A DNA stretch of 64,000 bases from Eledone cirrhosa (Eukaryota), in assembly GCA_964016885.1 (NCBI GenBank), contig OZ024744.1, forward strand, positions 113,026,001-113,090,000, written 5' to 3'. A program made the translations under genes and the position numbers. Below are positions 50,611 to 62,926 of the stretch, piece after piece (the first letter of the stretch is position 1; each line of letters begins with the position of its first letter). The notes beneath the pieces were generated by a model, which saw only the letters and a program-made list of their open reading frames with translations, was not told the DNA's origin and searched no databases.

Positions 50611-53087
50611 TGTAACTACCAATGAGAAGCTACCAACTCATCGACTAAGGTATTTCTCTTATATCGTTTGTAATAACAAGACCCTTAGAAGATTTTAACG
50701 TGCAGTTATAAAAAGATATAGGTAACATTTAACCTCTCATCCTATCTATAAAATGTCTAGCCAACAATAACAAACGATTTTTCTTCGCACATGGCATTTT
50801 TGTCCAACATGGCGTCCCACCTTCTTCCTCACTGGTTCTTGCGCTTTTACTTTGCCCTACATTAGTGCACTCTCTATGACACTACGGAACTTTGACATTT
50901 TTTTTACATGTTTTCTTCACAACTATTGCGGTGAAGTTTAAGAACATCTCTCTCCTGTAATGGCAAGGCTGCCTCCTAATGTCCAGGCCATTTTGGCAGC
51001 AATGACAGAAACCAGTTCGGTAGATCAGTTGGCTTCATCCGCTGATAAAATCTTGGAGTGCTCCAGTAATTCTACCACTACTACCCCATCACGACTTGCA
51101 ACAAATTCTTCACCTTCGCTTGTCGCATCGGTTTCAGCTAGCGCGACCTCAACTAACGAAGCAATACTCAAGGCCATCCATGACCTAATGAAGGAGGTAC
51201 AACTTCTTCGTTTATCACGATCTCCCCGACAACGGTTGCAAAATTTTATTGAGACTAAGGGTCCTCCAGTTTTTTCACGCCCGCGTCGCCTTTCTCCAGA
51301 AAAATTGAAAGCGGCTAAGGCAGAGTTTAACCATATGCTGCAGTTGGGTATCATTCGCCCTTCTTCCAGTCCGTGGATCTCACCTTTACACATGGTGCCG
51401 AAACGTTCGGGAGTCTGGCGTCCCACTGGAGATTCTCGGCGATTAAATTCAATTACCGTGCCAGACCGTTACCCAAATCCTCACATCCAGGATTTCACTT
51501 CTTCGCTTCACGGATGTACTATCTTTTCAAAATTGGACTTGATCAGAGCATACCATCAAATTCCTGTGAATCCTGCGGACATTCCTAAAACTGCCGTTAC
51601 TACACCGTTCAGTGTTTCACTGGAGGTCCATATCTCGCACCTCAGATTTAGGCAGTACCAAGTTCGTATTAACCCTGCGAACTGCATTTTCGGCGTTGCT
51701 TCACTCGTCTTTTTAGGCCACGTGATTAAATCTGAAGGAATATTCCCACTTCCTGAGAAAGTGAAGGGTCTTCAGGAACTCTCTCCGCCTACTTCCTTGT
51801 GAGAGCTGCGGCAGTTCCTGGGCCTCTTAAATTATTATTGATGGTTTATCCCGCATTGCGCAGAACTCTTTGCTCCACTATCTGATATCCTGCGTAACAG
51901 AAAGAAGAAGAACGAGCCAATCGCTTTGGGACCCATGCAACTCGAAGCATTCTCCAAAGCTAAATAGAATTTAGCAAATGCATCTCTGCTTGCACACCCT
52001 ATGTCTGGTGCCCAGTTTTCACTGGTTGTAGATGCATCAAGCACAGCGGTAGGTGCAGTATTGCAACAGCACCACCAACAACAACTTCAACCTCTTGTTA
52101 TCTTTTCAAAGCAGCTATAGCAACTTCGGCTGCGAACTGTTGGCCATTTTCCTTGATGTCAAACACTTTCGGCCACATACATATCGATATCGTGAGACCT
52201 TAACCTGCATTGATCGTGTGACCCGATGGCCTGAATCCATACCTCTTAGCGACATAACTGCTGAATAAGTAGTGTAAGCCCTGGTTTCATGATGGAAATC
52301 GCGCTATGGAGTTCCTACCACTATTACTACAGACCGTAGAAGGCAGTTTGAATCTCAAATTTTCACGGATCTATCAAAGATCATCGGCGCTCAACGCATC
52401 AGGACTGCATCTGCATCTAATGGAATGGTAAAGCATTTTCATCGCATTGCGTGCCTATCCGGATACTCTACATTGGAAGGACAACCTCCCCATAGTACTA
52501 CTCGGTATCCGCACTTCAATTAAAGAGGACCTTGGATTCTCTCCAGCCGAGCTTTTGTACGGCACTACTTTATCTCTGCCAGGACAGATGCTTGCTCCAG
52601 TTGACCTTTCTACTCAGGACCCTACACTATATGTGACCCGTTTGCGTTCGTATTTTCAAGTCCTGCCTCCTATGAACACTAGGCAACAAACCATTAAATC
52701 TTCGGTTCCGAGGGACATTGCCTCGAGGACCCATGTTTTTGTCAGAAATGACGCAGTGAGAAGTCCTCTCACTCCACCTTATTCTGGACCCTATCGCGTA
52801 CTTGCACGTACAAACATTTCACCATTGACTTTAATGAACATAAAGACACAGTCTCTATTGACAGACTAAAGCGGGCCTACACAGATGCTCTCACACCAGG
52901 GCCTCATACTCCCCCCTCCTACAATGTGTCAATACAAACACCACTACAAACACTACCAATGAGAAGCTACCAACTCATCGACTAAGGTATTTCTCTTATA
53001 TCGTTTGTAATAACAAGACCCTTAGAAGATTTTAACGTGCAGTTATAAAAAGATATAGGTAACATTTAACCTCTCATCCTATCTATA
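50611..53087 (+). mobile_element. Gypsy/Ty3 LTR retrotransposon deletion derivative (gag-RT-RH-IN remnants)
   Basis: [11 protein letters not shown] (gag); [19 protein letters not shown]...[15 protein letters not shown] (RT); LVVDASSTAVGAVLQQ (RH linker); IDRVTRWPE...SPAELLYG...PYSGPYRV (IN); 136-bp direct repeats at both ends. Confidence 0.88.
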
Positions 53088-53092
53088 TATGT

Positions 53093-53130
<38 letters not shown>

Positions 53131-53340
53131 ATGTATATGTATGTATATATATATATATAAATATATATATGTATATACACATATATATATATATGTATAT
53201 ATATAACAAAGGAAATGAGGTAAGGAACCAGGTGGACCATAACGCACCAAAGTACTCAATACTTAGGGTAGTAGAGTGGGTAATAGGAACGAGTAGGACC
53301 CCAACGGCTTGAGCTCAGCCGTCGGGGTCCTACTCGTTCC

Positions 53341-53393
<53 letters not shown>

Positions 53394-53635
53394 ATATATA
53401 TATATATGTGTGTATGTATATGTATGTATATATATTTATATGTATGTGTATGTATATGTACGTATATATATATATATATGTGTGTATGTATATGTATGTG
53501 TATATATATATATATATGTGTGTGTATGTATATGTATGTATATATATATATGTGTATGTATATGTATGTATATATATATATCTGTACATATACATATATA
53601 TATATACATATGTATATATATATATGTATATACAT

Positions 53636-55363
53636 ATATTGTTATACTTTGGGAGGGTCATGTTGCCAATAAGAAACACACGCACCAGTTGCTTTCTTTC
53701 CAATTTATTCGAAATTAAATTATATATTTAAGAAATGTATAAAGTTCTTTCGTCACACATTCTGTGACCTCATCAGTGACTGGGGATTCTTTTCTTTGTT
53801 TTGTGCCTCTCCTTTGTTCTGTCCTACGTCATCTTGTTTGTGTGTGTGTTGTGTGCTTAGTTTGCGCATGTGTTACATCCGGGTGTCTGTGTGTGTTTTT
53901 ATTTGTTTATTTACATGTTACTAGTTGGTTGTTTGTTCTATGTGTGTTTTCATTTTGTCCTTAATTGTAAGTTGTGATGATGCTATTTCATTCATGTTTT
54001 CTATTTAATTTTGGTTGGAGTTCATTTATGTTTATTGCCTCTGTGATTTGTCTAAACATTGGGTCTTTTCTGTGTGTAGATTTTATTTTTATTTCTATGT
54101 TCTCTAATTTACCTTTATGTTCTATTTTAGCATGTTGGTGGAGTACTGATGAGTCTTTTCTATCATGAAGCTCTCGCCAGTGTTCATTTAATCATTCTCC
54201 TATACTACAAGCTGTCTCACCTATGTACACTATATTCTTATCTTTACATTGTCCCTCAGTACATCTTATGCTATATACTATGTTTCTAGTTTTGCAGTTA
54301 ATATGGGGGCTTAGTTTACAGATTATGCATTTCTTATCTATACAGGGAGGTCTTTGAAAAGGGTATGTATTGCTAATAAGTGTTTTTATGGAGGTACCTG
54401 GTCTTTCCACTATCTTAATATTTAGTTTAAGTTTATCCAGGGCCCTTCTAAATTTGTAAGCTAGTTAACCTCTAGGGGTTGTATTGATGAACATTACAAT
54501 CTGGTATTTATTGCTATCATACCATGAGTTTATTCTATTAACTTTTTTCCTAGTTCTTTCTATTCTATTCCAAAATTTGCTCCTATACAAGGGGCAGGTC
54601 CCATTTATATCATTATTTACAATTTTTTTATGGATGGTGGATTGGCAGTATCGGTAGAGGGTTGGACGCCATGCTTTGACGCATAGAGTTACGGCCCTTG
54701 CCATTCTGAGTTCAAATCCCGCCGCGGTTAACTTTGCCTTTCATCCTTACGGGGTCGATAAAATAAAGTACCAGTAATGTACTGGTTAATTTCTGGCCTT
54801 GTGCCAATAGTAGAAACAATTATTTACCTTTTTTTCCCCATTTGGTTCTGGCTCCTCTATATACTCTGATTTTATTTCTCTGATTGTAACCAGAGAACTG
54901 CATACGGTGGATGAAGTGTTGTATGTGTCTCTCTAGTTCTTTGGGGTTGCACATGCAGGACACGTTTCTCATCACCCGTACCAAATCCGCAATCAGTATG
55001 TTGATTTTGGTATGGTCCGAAACAGCTGAGTTTCGGTGGATCAGCTATTTGGAAGTCATGGGTTTGGCATAATGGGAATGGAGGATTTGTTTTTTGTTAT
55101 TAATGGTTTCTAACCAGAGCTCTGTGTCTAGTACAGGTAATCGATGGTTGGGGTGTTTGCTTGGGTAGTCTATAGTAACTCTAATACTCTGGTGGATGGA
55201 GTTAGCTATTTGCTGGATGCTTTCCATGGTGTTTTTCTCTAATTCCTGACTGTTCTCTAGTGGGGGTGTTTTTACTACGATGTTTATATCATTAATGTAG
55301 CGAGAGTACATAATCAGCGTTAACAGGTTGTTGTCTTCTAATTGTTCTTTAAGTTTATTATCC
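53636..55363 (-). mobile_element. Penelope-like element (Naiad-like), RT C-terminus + GIY-YIG + 3' hammerhead remnant
   Basis: YSRYINDINIV...TIDYPSKHPNHRLPVLDTELW...HYAKPM (RT); NIVYSIRC...C...VYIGETA.SIGE.LNEH...QH...H...RQITEA.NI (GIY-YIG); hammerhead core on the minus strand at 53741-53781. Confidence 0.87.
54633..54822 (+). mobile_element. SINE family A inserted in PLE
   Basis: Consensus match interrupting the PLE ORF. Confidence 0.85.
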
Positions 55364-55965
55364 TGTAGCAAGAGTTGCCTCCCTTTTTATGACAATCACA
55401 TCACCGCTCTCCGGACGGAAGTGACAAAAAGGGTTCTGCCACCCCAACGGGAAGTAACTCCAGCTACTTCCTGTCTAGAGAGCGGTGATGTGATTGTCAT
55501 AACAAGGGAGGCAACTCGTGCTACATTATCCCCCGCCAGATTTTTAAAATATAAAAATCGAATGAACCATGTATGGAGTAAGATGGCAAGCATGTATGAA
55601 AATTACAAAAATAAATAGTGTTTGCAATAAAAGGAAAACAGCAAAATATATGCATGCAAAAATCAATGATAGATATCAAGGTAGCCAACCGCTCTTAGCC
55701 AGAGAACTATCTATCCATCACTCAAAGATACAATGTAATCAAAGTAACAGAAGAGGTCAAAGTTCAAATTTCCAAATACAGTTCACAGGTGTCCAATCAC
55801 ATGACAGCAGGAAAGAAAGTGTGTCCTCAAGAGAATGTATGCAGGTGGTCTCTAGGCTGTGGTACAACGTGAAATTCGGTGGGATTTTCTCACAGGAAGA
55901 ATACTGCAAAAATAAATTCTCTGGCTTGTTCTGCTGGTTTTGGTTGTTGATGAAGCTGTGTTGTT

Positions 55966-55997
<32 letters not shown>

Positions 55998-56759
55998 CTC
56001 GCGGAGTGAGCGTATTCGATGCTGTTTAAATTCACAGTAAAAATTTTCCCAGAAAAAAATGAGTTGCGCAAAGTGCTAGAAATAACAGCCACAGTTGATG
56101 GTCGATGTTGAGAATGCGTTGACCTGGAAGGGTCAAGAGGCCAGCGACCAAAGAAATAAGCATTCTGAATAAATGCGCAGTTTTCAACGGCAAATTTACG
56201 AGGTAAATTTTTAAACTGGCAAATATGAGAATATAGCTTAAGGCTGGAGAATCCTTGGCAAGAAACATTATCTATGACGTGTGTTATCTCAGTGAGTCGA
56301 GATGTGTGCTCCCCACACGTGCCGAAACAAGGTTAAAGTCAAGTTGAAAAAAAAAAAAAATTTCTATTGCGCGAGAAAATGGCGCGAAAATGATAGTGCA
56401 ACAGGTCGTTGGCAGCCATTTTGAAAAATTTGTGTGTGAACGTGATAATATGATGAAAAAGAAAGGCTTCACTTGGTATAACAAATTTGGCGAGTTCAAC
56501 TTTTTTGTGAACGATGAAAAAAGCTTGGCAGAAAGAATAAGCAATAGTTGAGATTCAGCGAAAATAAGTGTTCATGTTGAAATGTGTAAAAAAAAAAGAA
56601 TCAAATTTCTTTCTTTTTTTTTCTTAAATGTTCGTTGTAAGAAGAAACGAAAAACATATATATACATCCAGTGAAATGGTAATGAGAAGTACATAGTAAT
56701 ACAATAAATAAATAAATAAAAAGAACAACAAAAAAAATAATTAATAATAAGGCTCCAGT

Positions 56760-57524
56760 TCACATAAAAACAGTTTGGCAGAACTTTTTGGGCCAGTGGA
56801 CTCTCCGACCGGAACGGGTCGTGGTCTTGTATGTAGGTGGAAATAGGACAGAAGGAGCAGGTGTATGCACAAGAGAGAAAGATTGGGGTATTTGTGGCTC
56901 GGGTGTATGAGCGTCATTGTGTGCCCTTTTTAGTCTATCCACCGAAATTGTCTCTCTGGACCCCTTAACGTCTACAGTGAAATGTTTGTCAGTACGTGCT
57001 AACACACGGTAGGGTCCAGAGTACGGTTGTGTGAGAGGTGGTCTCACAGCATCGTTCCTTACGAACACATGGGTCCACGAGGCAATATCCCTCGGGACCG
57101 CAGGTTTTACAGTTTGTTTCCTCGTATCCATCGGCGGCAGATCCTGAAAATAAGAACGCAGACGGGATACGTAGGAAAGCGGATCTTGGAAAGCAAGATC
57201 AACAGGGGCAAACATTTGCCCAGGCAACTCTAAAGGAGCACCGTAAAGTAATTCGGCCGGGGAGAACCCCAGGTCCTCCTTTATTGATGACCGAATTCCT
57301 AACAACACAATAGGAAGGTACTCGCTCCAATGTTGAGAGTCTGGATAGGCGCGAAGAGCGGCCTTTAATTGGCGGTGGAATCGTTCCACCATTCCATTTG
57401 AAGCAGGATGATAGGCTGTGGTCCGAATCCGTTGAGCTCCAATTATCTTTGTGAGCTCAGAGAAGAGATGAGACTCGAAAATCCACCCTGATACCAAGGC
57501 ACGTGCTACAGTCTCAGCAGTCAT
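56760..57524 (-). pseudogene. Gypsy integrase core and GPY/F module
   Basis: [20 protein letters not shown]...SPAELLYG...PYSGPYRV...ISVDRLK. Confidence 0.88.
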
Positions 57525-57554
57525 ATCTTGTAAGGGGGTGGCTTCAGGCCATCG

Positions 57555-58913
57555 CTAAAAACGATCGACACAGGTCAATATGTATGAATATCCACTGCTG
57601 AATGGCCAAGGTCCAACGAGGTCAATGTGTATGTGCTGAAACCGACCATCAGGAGTACTGAAAGTACCAAGTGGAGTCCGGATGTGTCTATGGATTTTCG
57701 ATTTTTGGCAAGCGATGCAGGAACGGCACCAAGCAGCAGTGTCGCGCCTCATATTTGGCCAGAAGAATCTGGCTGTTATGAGCTTTACTGTGGCAGCAGA
57801 TTCTGGGTGAGAAATGCTGTGCAAAGCCAGGAACACAATTCGACGGTGAGTCTCAGGAACAAGTGGTCGTGGTGAATCCGTAGATACATCACATAGAATC
57901 TGCCTGTCGGTGGTGGACAAGGGCAGATATTTGAAAATGCAAGTCGCAAATTCAGCAGAAAGAGTGTTTTCCGCCTTCAGCAGAAGAGCGTTTCCCACCT
58001 TATGAAAGGAGCAAGGTTGCACGCAGTAGTTCGCGCTCTCAGCAAATCGCTCGTGGTACCAGCATAAAGATGAAGCTGGTGATTTTGAACGACGTCTAAA
58101 ACTTTGCGATCTCCCGCGACTGCGGGGGCGCGAACGGGCACCACACAAGGCCTTCATCTTGTGGAGCTCTATGGTGAGTTCCTGAATGGACCTTTGCATC
58201 GCCATAATGGTTGAGCTGTCTATTGGCGCTGCCGCGTAGATGGCATGGCCGAGTGTGGCCCGAGCTGGGTGGTGAACAGTGGCAAGGGGTTCGCTGTCTC
58301 CGGCACTCGTCACCTCGAAAACTTTGTCCGCAGAGGCGGCAAGCTGATCCACCGTGCTTGTATCCCTCATGGGGGCCAAAATTGCCTGTACGTTGGTCGG
58401 CAGGCGCGAGAAGAACAACTGCTTCAGCAGGGCAGTTTCCGCTACCGACCCCTCCGTTAGGTCCTTCATTCGCCTTAGGAGGTTCGATAGGGTGCCATCC
58501 CCTATATGCTCCAGATGCACCAAAGCCCTAAACCTTTTTTCTGCAGACTGTTCTATCCGGCTGAGTATTTCAGCCTTCAGAGACGTGTACGTCGAGTCTG
58601 TGGATGTCTCTAACACCAGGTCCTTAATCGCTGGGAGAATTGCCGGTGGAATTGCACTAAGGACCAGAGGACGTTGTAGTGCCTCGTCAACTCTGTTCGC
58701 CTCGAAAAATGCTTCGAGTTGGGCGAACCATAGCCTTACGTCGCCCGTGACAGAACAGAGTGAGAAGCCATTGGTACACCGTACGTAATTTACCAAGAAC
58801 AAAAAAAATAATAATCGTCTCCGTTTGGAAAAATGTCTCCAACACAACAGAAAAGGAAAACAAAATCGCTTATTTATCTCTGTCAAACGGGAAAAATAAT
58901 GCATCCGGGACAA
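57555..58913 (-). pseudogene. Gypsy gag fused to integrase HHCC/core start
   Basis: WFAQLEAFF...LFFSRLPTNVQAIL...CWYHERFAESANYCVQPCSF (gag); LHSISHP...RFFWPNM...CIACQKSK...HIDLVGP (IN). Confidence 0.85.
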
Positions 58914-58963
58914 TATGCAAAGAAGCGACTAACTGAATGATGTTATTACTAAGAGAAGAGAAA

Positions 58964-59150
58964 GGGCGGTGGATTGGCAGTATCGGTAGAGGGTTGGACG
59001 CCACGCTTTCCCGCATAGTTACATCCCTTTACGATCTGAGTTCAAATCCCGCCGAGGTTGACTTTGCCTTTCATCCTTACAGGGTCGATAAAATAAAGTA
59101 CCAGTAATGCACTGGGTAATTGCTGGCCTTGTGCCTAAAGTAGAAACAGT
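58964..59150 (+). mobile_element. SINE family A inserted in Gypsy 5' leader
   Basis: Consensus match; GTTATTACTAAG present on both sides. Confidence 0.85.
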
Positions 59151-59898
59151 TATTACTAAGGTAAGAGCAAGGAACTTAAAACAAAATCCAACATGGCGGA
59201 CTATTTCGCGTCAAAAACACTAATGATGGAGAAGAAAGCCTCCATCTTGTCATCCTCAACATTTTTAGCCAGAGAAGAGAAGAGCAGAAAAGGAGAGAAA
59301 AAAAAGGCAAAAACATTCATACAATTGCTGTTTGTTTCTTTTTTTTTATATACACCTTGTACTATTTCCCATTTTTCTTTTTTAAAATCACGTCGGGGGT
59401 CACCACTTTAGGAGATAGTATCGGTGTACATATATGCATTATCAGAAATGACAATAAATGCCGGTGTGTATTGTGACAAGGTTTTACTTCACAGAAGTCA
59501 AATGGATTAATATAAATAAATGGTTACCCGTTGGTCACAACTCCTAGGCTGAAGTGTGTGGAGAAGAACAGAGATCTTCTCTTGGAGGTGTTAACATCTT
59601 CTTAGGCTGCCGGTGGCATTCTTCTTGAGTGGCGAAGGAAATGAGGGAGGAATTCTTCTTCTTGATGGCGAAGGAAATGAGAGAGGAGTCATCTCATGAC
59701 AAGGTCGCAGGTGTTGTTAACACTTTGGGATTCAGGAGGCGAGAGAGTGAGATCGCCCTGACCTGTCCCTTTTATAGGGTCTCCGGACGGAAGTGACAAA
59801 AAGGGTTCTGCCAGCCCAACGGGAAGTCACTACTACTTCCTGTCTAGAGAGCGGTGATGTGATTGTCATAACAAGGGAGGCAACTCTTGCTACAATCC

Positions 59899-60100
59899 CA
59901 CCATACCATGAATAGGTTAGCTATGTCACCTGCAATGCTAACACCAATGACTGCTCCCTCCTCTTGGGCATAGGTTTTTCCATTAAATTTGAACATATGT
60001 TCCTTAAGGGTTAGTTTTATACTGGCCCCCACCGCATGTGCAATCATTTTCTTTAGTTCATCATGGTTTTGGGATGTCCGTATGGCTCTGGTCCACCCGT
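59899..60100 (-). mobile_element. Upstream part of the PLE RT split by the Gypsy insertion
   Basis: [35 protein letters not shown] joins in frame to NKLKEQLEDNNLL... once the insert and one TSD are removed. Confidence 0.85.
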
Positions 60101-60115
60101 TATATGTATATATAC

Positions 60116-60165
<50 letters not shown>

Positions 60166-60491
60166 ACATATGTATACATATATATACATATATATATATA
60201 CATATATATATATATACATATGTATACATATATATACATATATATATATACATATATATACATATATATATATACATATATATACATATATATATATACA
60301 TATATATACATATATATATATACGTATATATACATATATATATATACATATATATACATATATATATATATACATATATATACATATATATATATATATA
60401 CATACATATACATATATATATATATACATACATATATATATATATACATACATATATATATACATACATACATATATATATACATACATAC

Positions 60492-60552
<61 letters not shown>

Positions 60553-60560
<8 letters not shown>

Positions 60561-60849
60561 ATCAAAAGATGGTTAACGGAGTTCCATGTATTTTATTATG
60601 CGCATTTCAAAAACAAACATCATCATGCAATAATATTTGTGGATAACACTTGTGGATAGTGCAGTTTTAAATCAACATATGATATGTTGATTTAAAACTG
60701 CACTATCCATAAGTGTTTTTTAGCCTTCATATCATGTTCTCCTGTTTTATCTGATGAAAACACAAATATTATTGCATGATGATGTTTGTTTTTGAAATGC
60801 GCATAATAAAATACATGGAACTCCTTTAACCATCTTTTGATCTTATATT
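60553..60849. mobile_element. Nested fold-back element with hammerhead, in (TA)n
   Basis: Outer arms about 60553-60641 and 60760-60849; inner hairpin about 60645-60717. Confidence 0.78.
60745..60811 (+). ncRNA. Minimal type-I hammerhead ribozyme
   Basis: ttttat-CTGATGA-aaac acaaatattatt gcat gatgatgtttgt tttt-GAAAT gcgc ATA-ataaaa; palindromic ATGCGCAT stem III. Confidence 0.8.
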
Positions 60850-60933
60850 ATGTATACTCCAGTCCTACAAACTGTAGAGTGCTTCTTATCCGATATCTGC
60901 ATTGCTTTATTGTACTACAATAAAACTCACCTC

Positions 60934-61019
<86 letters not shown>

Positions 61020-61188
61020 TATACATATATATACATATATATATGTATACATATATATACATATATATATATATATATACATATATATACATATATATAT
61101 ATAGATATACATATATATATATATATGTATACATATATATACATATATATATAGATATACATATATATATATGTATACATATATATAC

Positions 61189-61241
<53 letters not shown>

Positions 61242-61344
61242 CATATATATATACATATATATATACACATATATATATACATATACATATATATATATAC
61301 ATATATATACACACATATATATATATACATATATATATATACAC

Positions 61345-61965
61345 ATATTGTTATACTTTGGGAGGGTCATGTTGCCAATAAGAAACACACGCACCAGTTG
61401 CTTTCACTTCAATTTATTATATATTTATAAATATATATATTTACAAATCTACAAACTTATAAATTTCTGGTTGGTTGGTTGGTTCCACAACCAGATAGTT
61501 GTTTATATATAGTCATAGTCCTTTCGTCACACACTCTGTGACCTCTTCAGTGACTGGGGATTCCATTCTTTGTTTCTGTGCCTTTCCTTTCTTCTATCCT
61601 ACGCCATTTTGTTTCTGTGTGTGTGTTGTGTGCTCAGTTTGCGCATGCGCCACATCCGGGTGTCTGTGTGTGTTTGTGTTCATTTATCTATTTGTTTATT
61701 TATTTATGTGACCTGAAGAGGTCACAGAGTGTGTGACGAAAGGACTATGACTATATATAAACAACTATCTGATTGTGGAACCAACCAACCAACCAGAAAT
61801 TTATAAGTTTGTAGATTTGTAAATATATATATTTATAAATATATAATAAATTGAAGTGAAAGCAACTGGTGCGTGTGTTTCTTATTGGCAACATGACCCT
61901 CCCAAAGTATAACAATATCGGTTTCAACACACGATTTCAGATAAAGAATCTTGCTAAACAAATTC
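61345..61965. mobile_element. PLE 3'-terminal segment as inverted duplication
   Basis: 61345-61550 is inverted at 61712-61918; homologous to 53636-53910. Confidence 0.82.
61511..61555 (-). ncRNA. Minimal hammerhead ribozyme at PLE terminus
   Basis: agtca-CTGAAGA-g gtcaca gagtg tgtgac-GAAAG ga CTA-tgact. Confidence 0.75.
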
Positions 61966-61980
61966 AGAAACGAAATATAT

Positions 61981-62023
<43 letters not shown>

Positions 62024-62031
62024 CATTATAC

Positions 62032-62078
<47 letters not shown>

Positions 62079-62255
62079 CATATATATATTTATATTTATA
62101 TATATGTATATATATATATATACATATATATATTTATATATATACATATATATACATATATATATACATATATATACATATATATATACATATATATACA
62201 TATATATATACATATATATACATATATATACATATATATATATACATATATATAC

Positions 62256-62288
<33 letters not shown>

Positions 62289-62421
62289 CATATATATATA
62301 CATACACATACATACATACATACATATATACATACATATATATATACACATACATATATATATACATATATATACATATATATATACATATATATACATA
62401 TATATATATATATATAAATAC

Positions 62422-62478
<57 letters not shown>

Positions 62479-62591
62479 AATATATATACATATATACATA
62501 TACATATATATATAAATATATATATATATACATATACATATATATATATATAAATACATATACATCTATATACATATATATATATAAATAC

Positions 62592-62622
<31 letters not shown>

Positions 62623-62825
62623 CATATATATACATATATATACATATATATATATAAATACATATATATATATAAATACATATATATATATATATATATA
62701 CATATATATACATATATATACATATATATATATATATAAATACATATATATATATATAAATACATATATATATATATAAATACATATATATATATATATA
62801 AATACATATATATATATATACATAC

Positions 62826-62856
<31 letters not shown>

Positions 62857-62926
62857 CCCGGATGTACATACATATATATATATATACATACATACATATA
62901 TATACACAGATGTACATATATATATA

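Larger units (their letters stand above)
55364..59894 (-). mobile_element. Gypsy/Ty3 LTR retrotransposon, internally deleted (gag fused to IN, no PR/RT/RH), inserted in the PLE with ATCC TSD
   Basis: 5' LTR about 59407-59894 (TGTAGC...); tRNA-Trp PBS 59387-59405; PPT GGCGGGGGATAA before 55525; ATCC at 55360-55363 and 59895-59898. Confidence 0.92.

Noticed and set aside
54192-54194. In-frame TGA in the PLE GIY-YIG domain as possible selenocysteine
   Set aside because: It aligns with Arg (GERISEH) in the 46.4 kb copy; best explained as CGA>TGA decay.
61712-61750. Plus-strand hammerhead copy
   Set aside because: The 5' arm of stem I is replaced at the inversion junction; incomplete.
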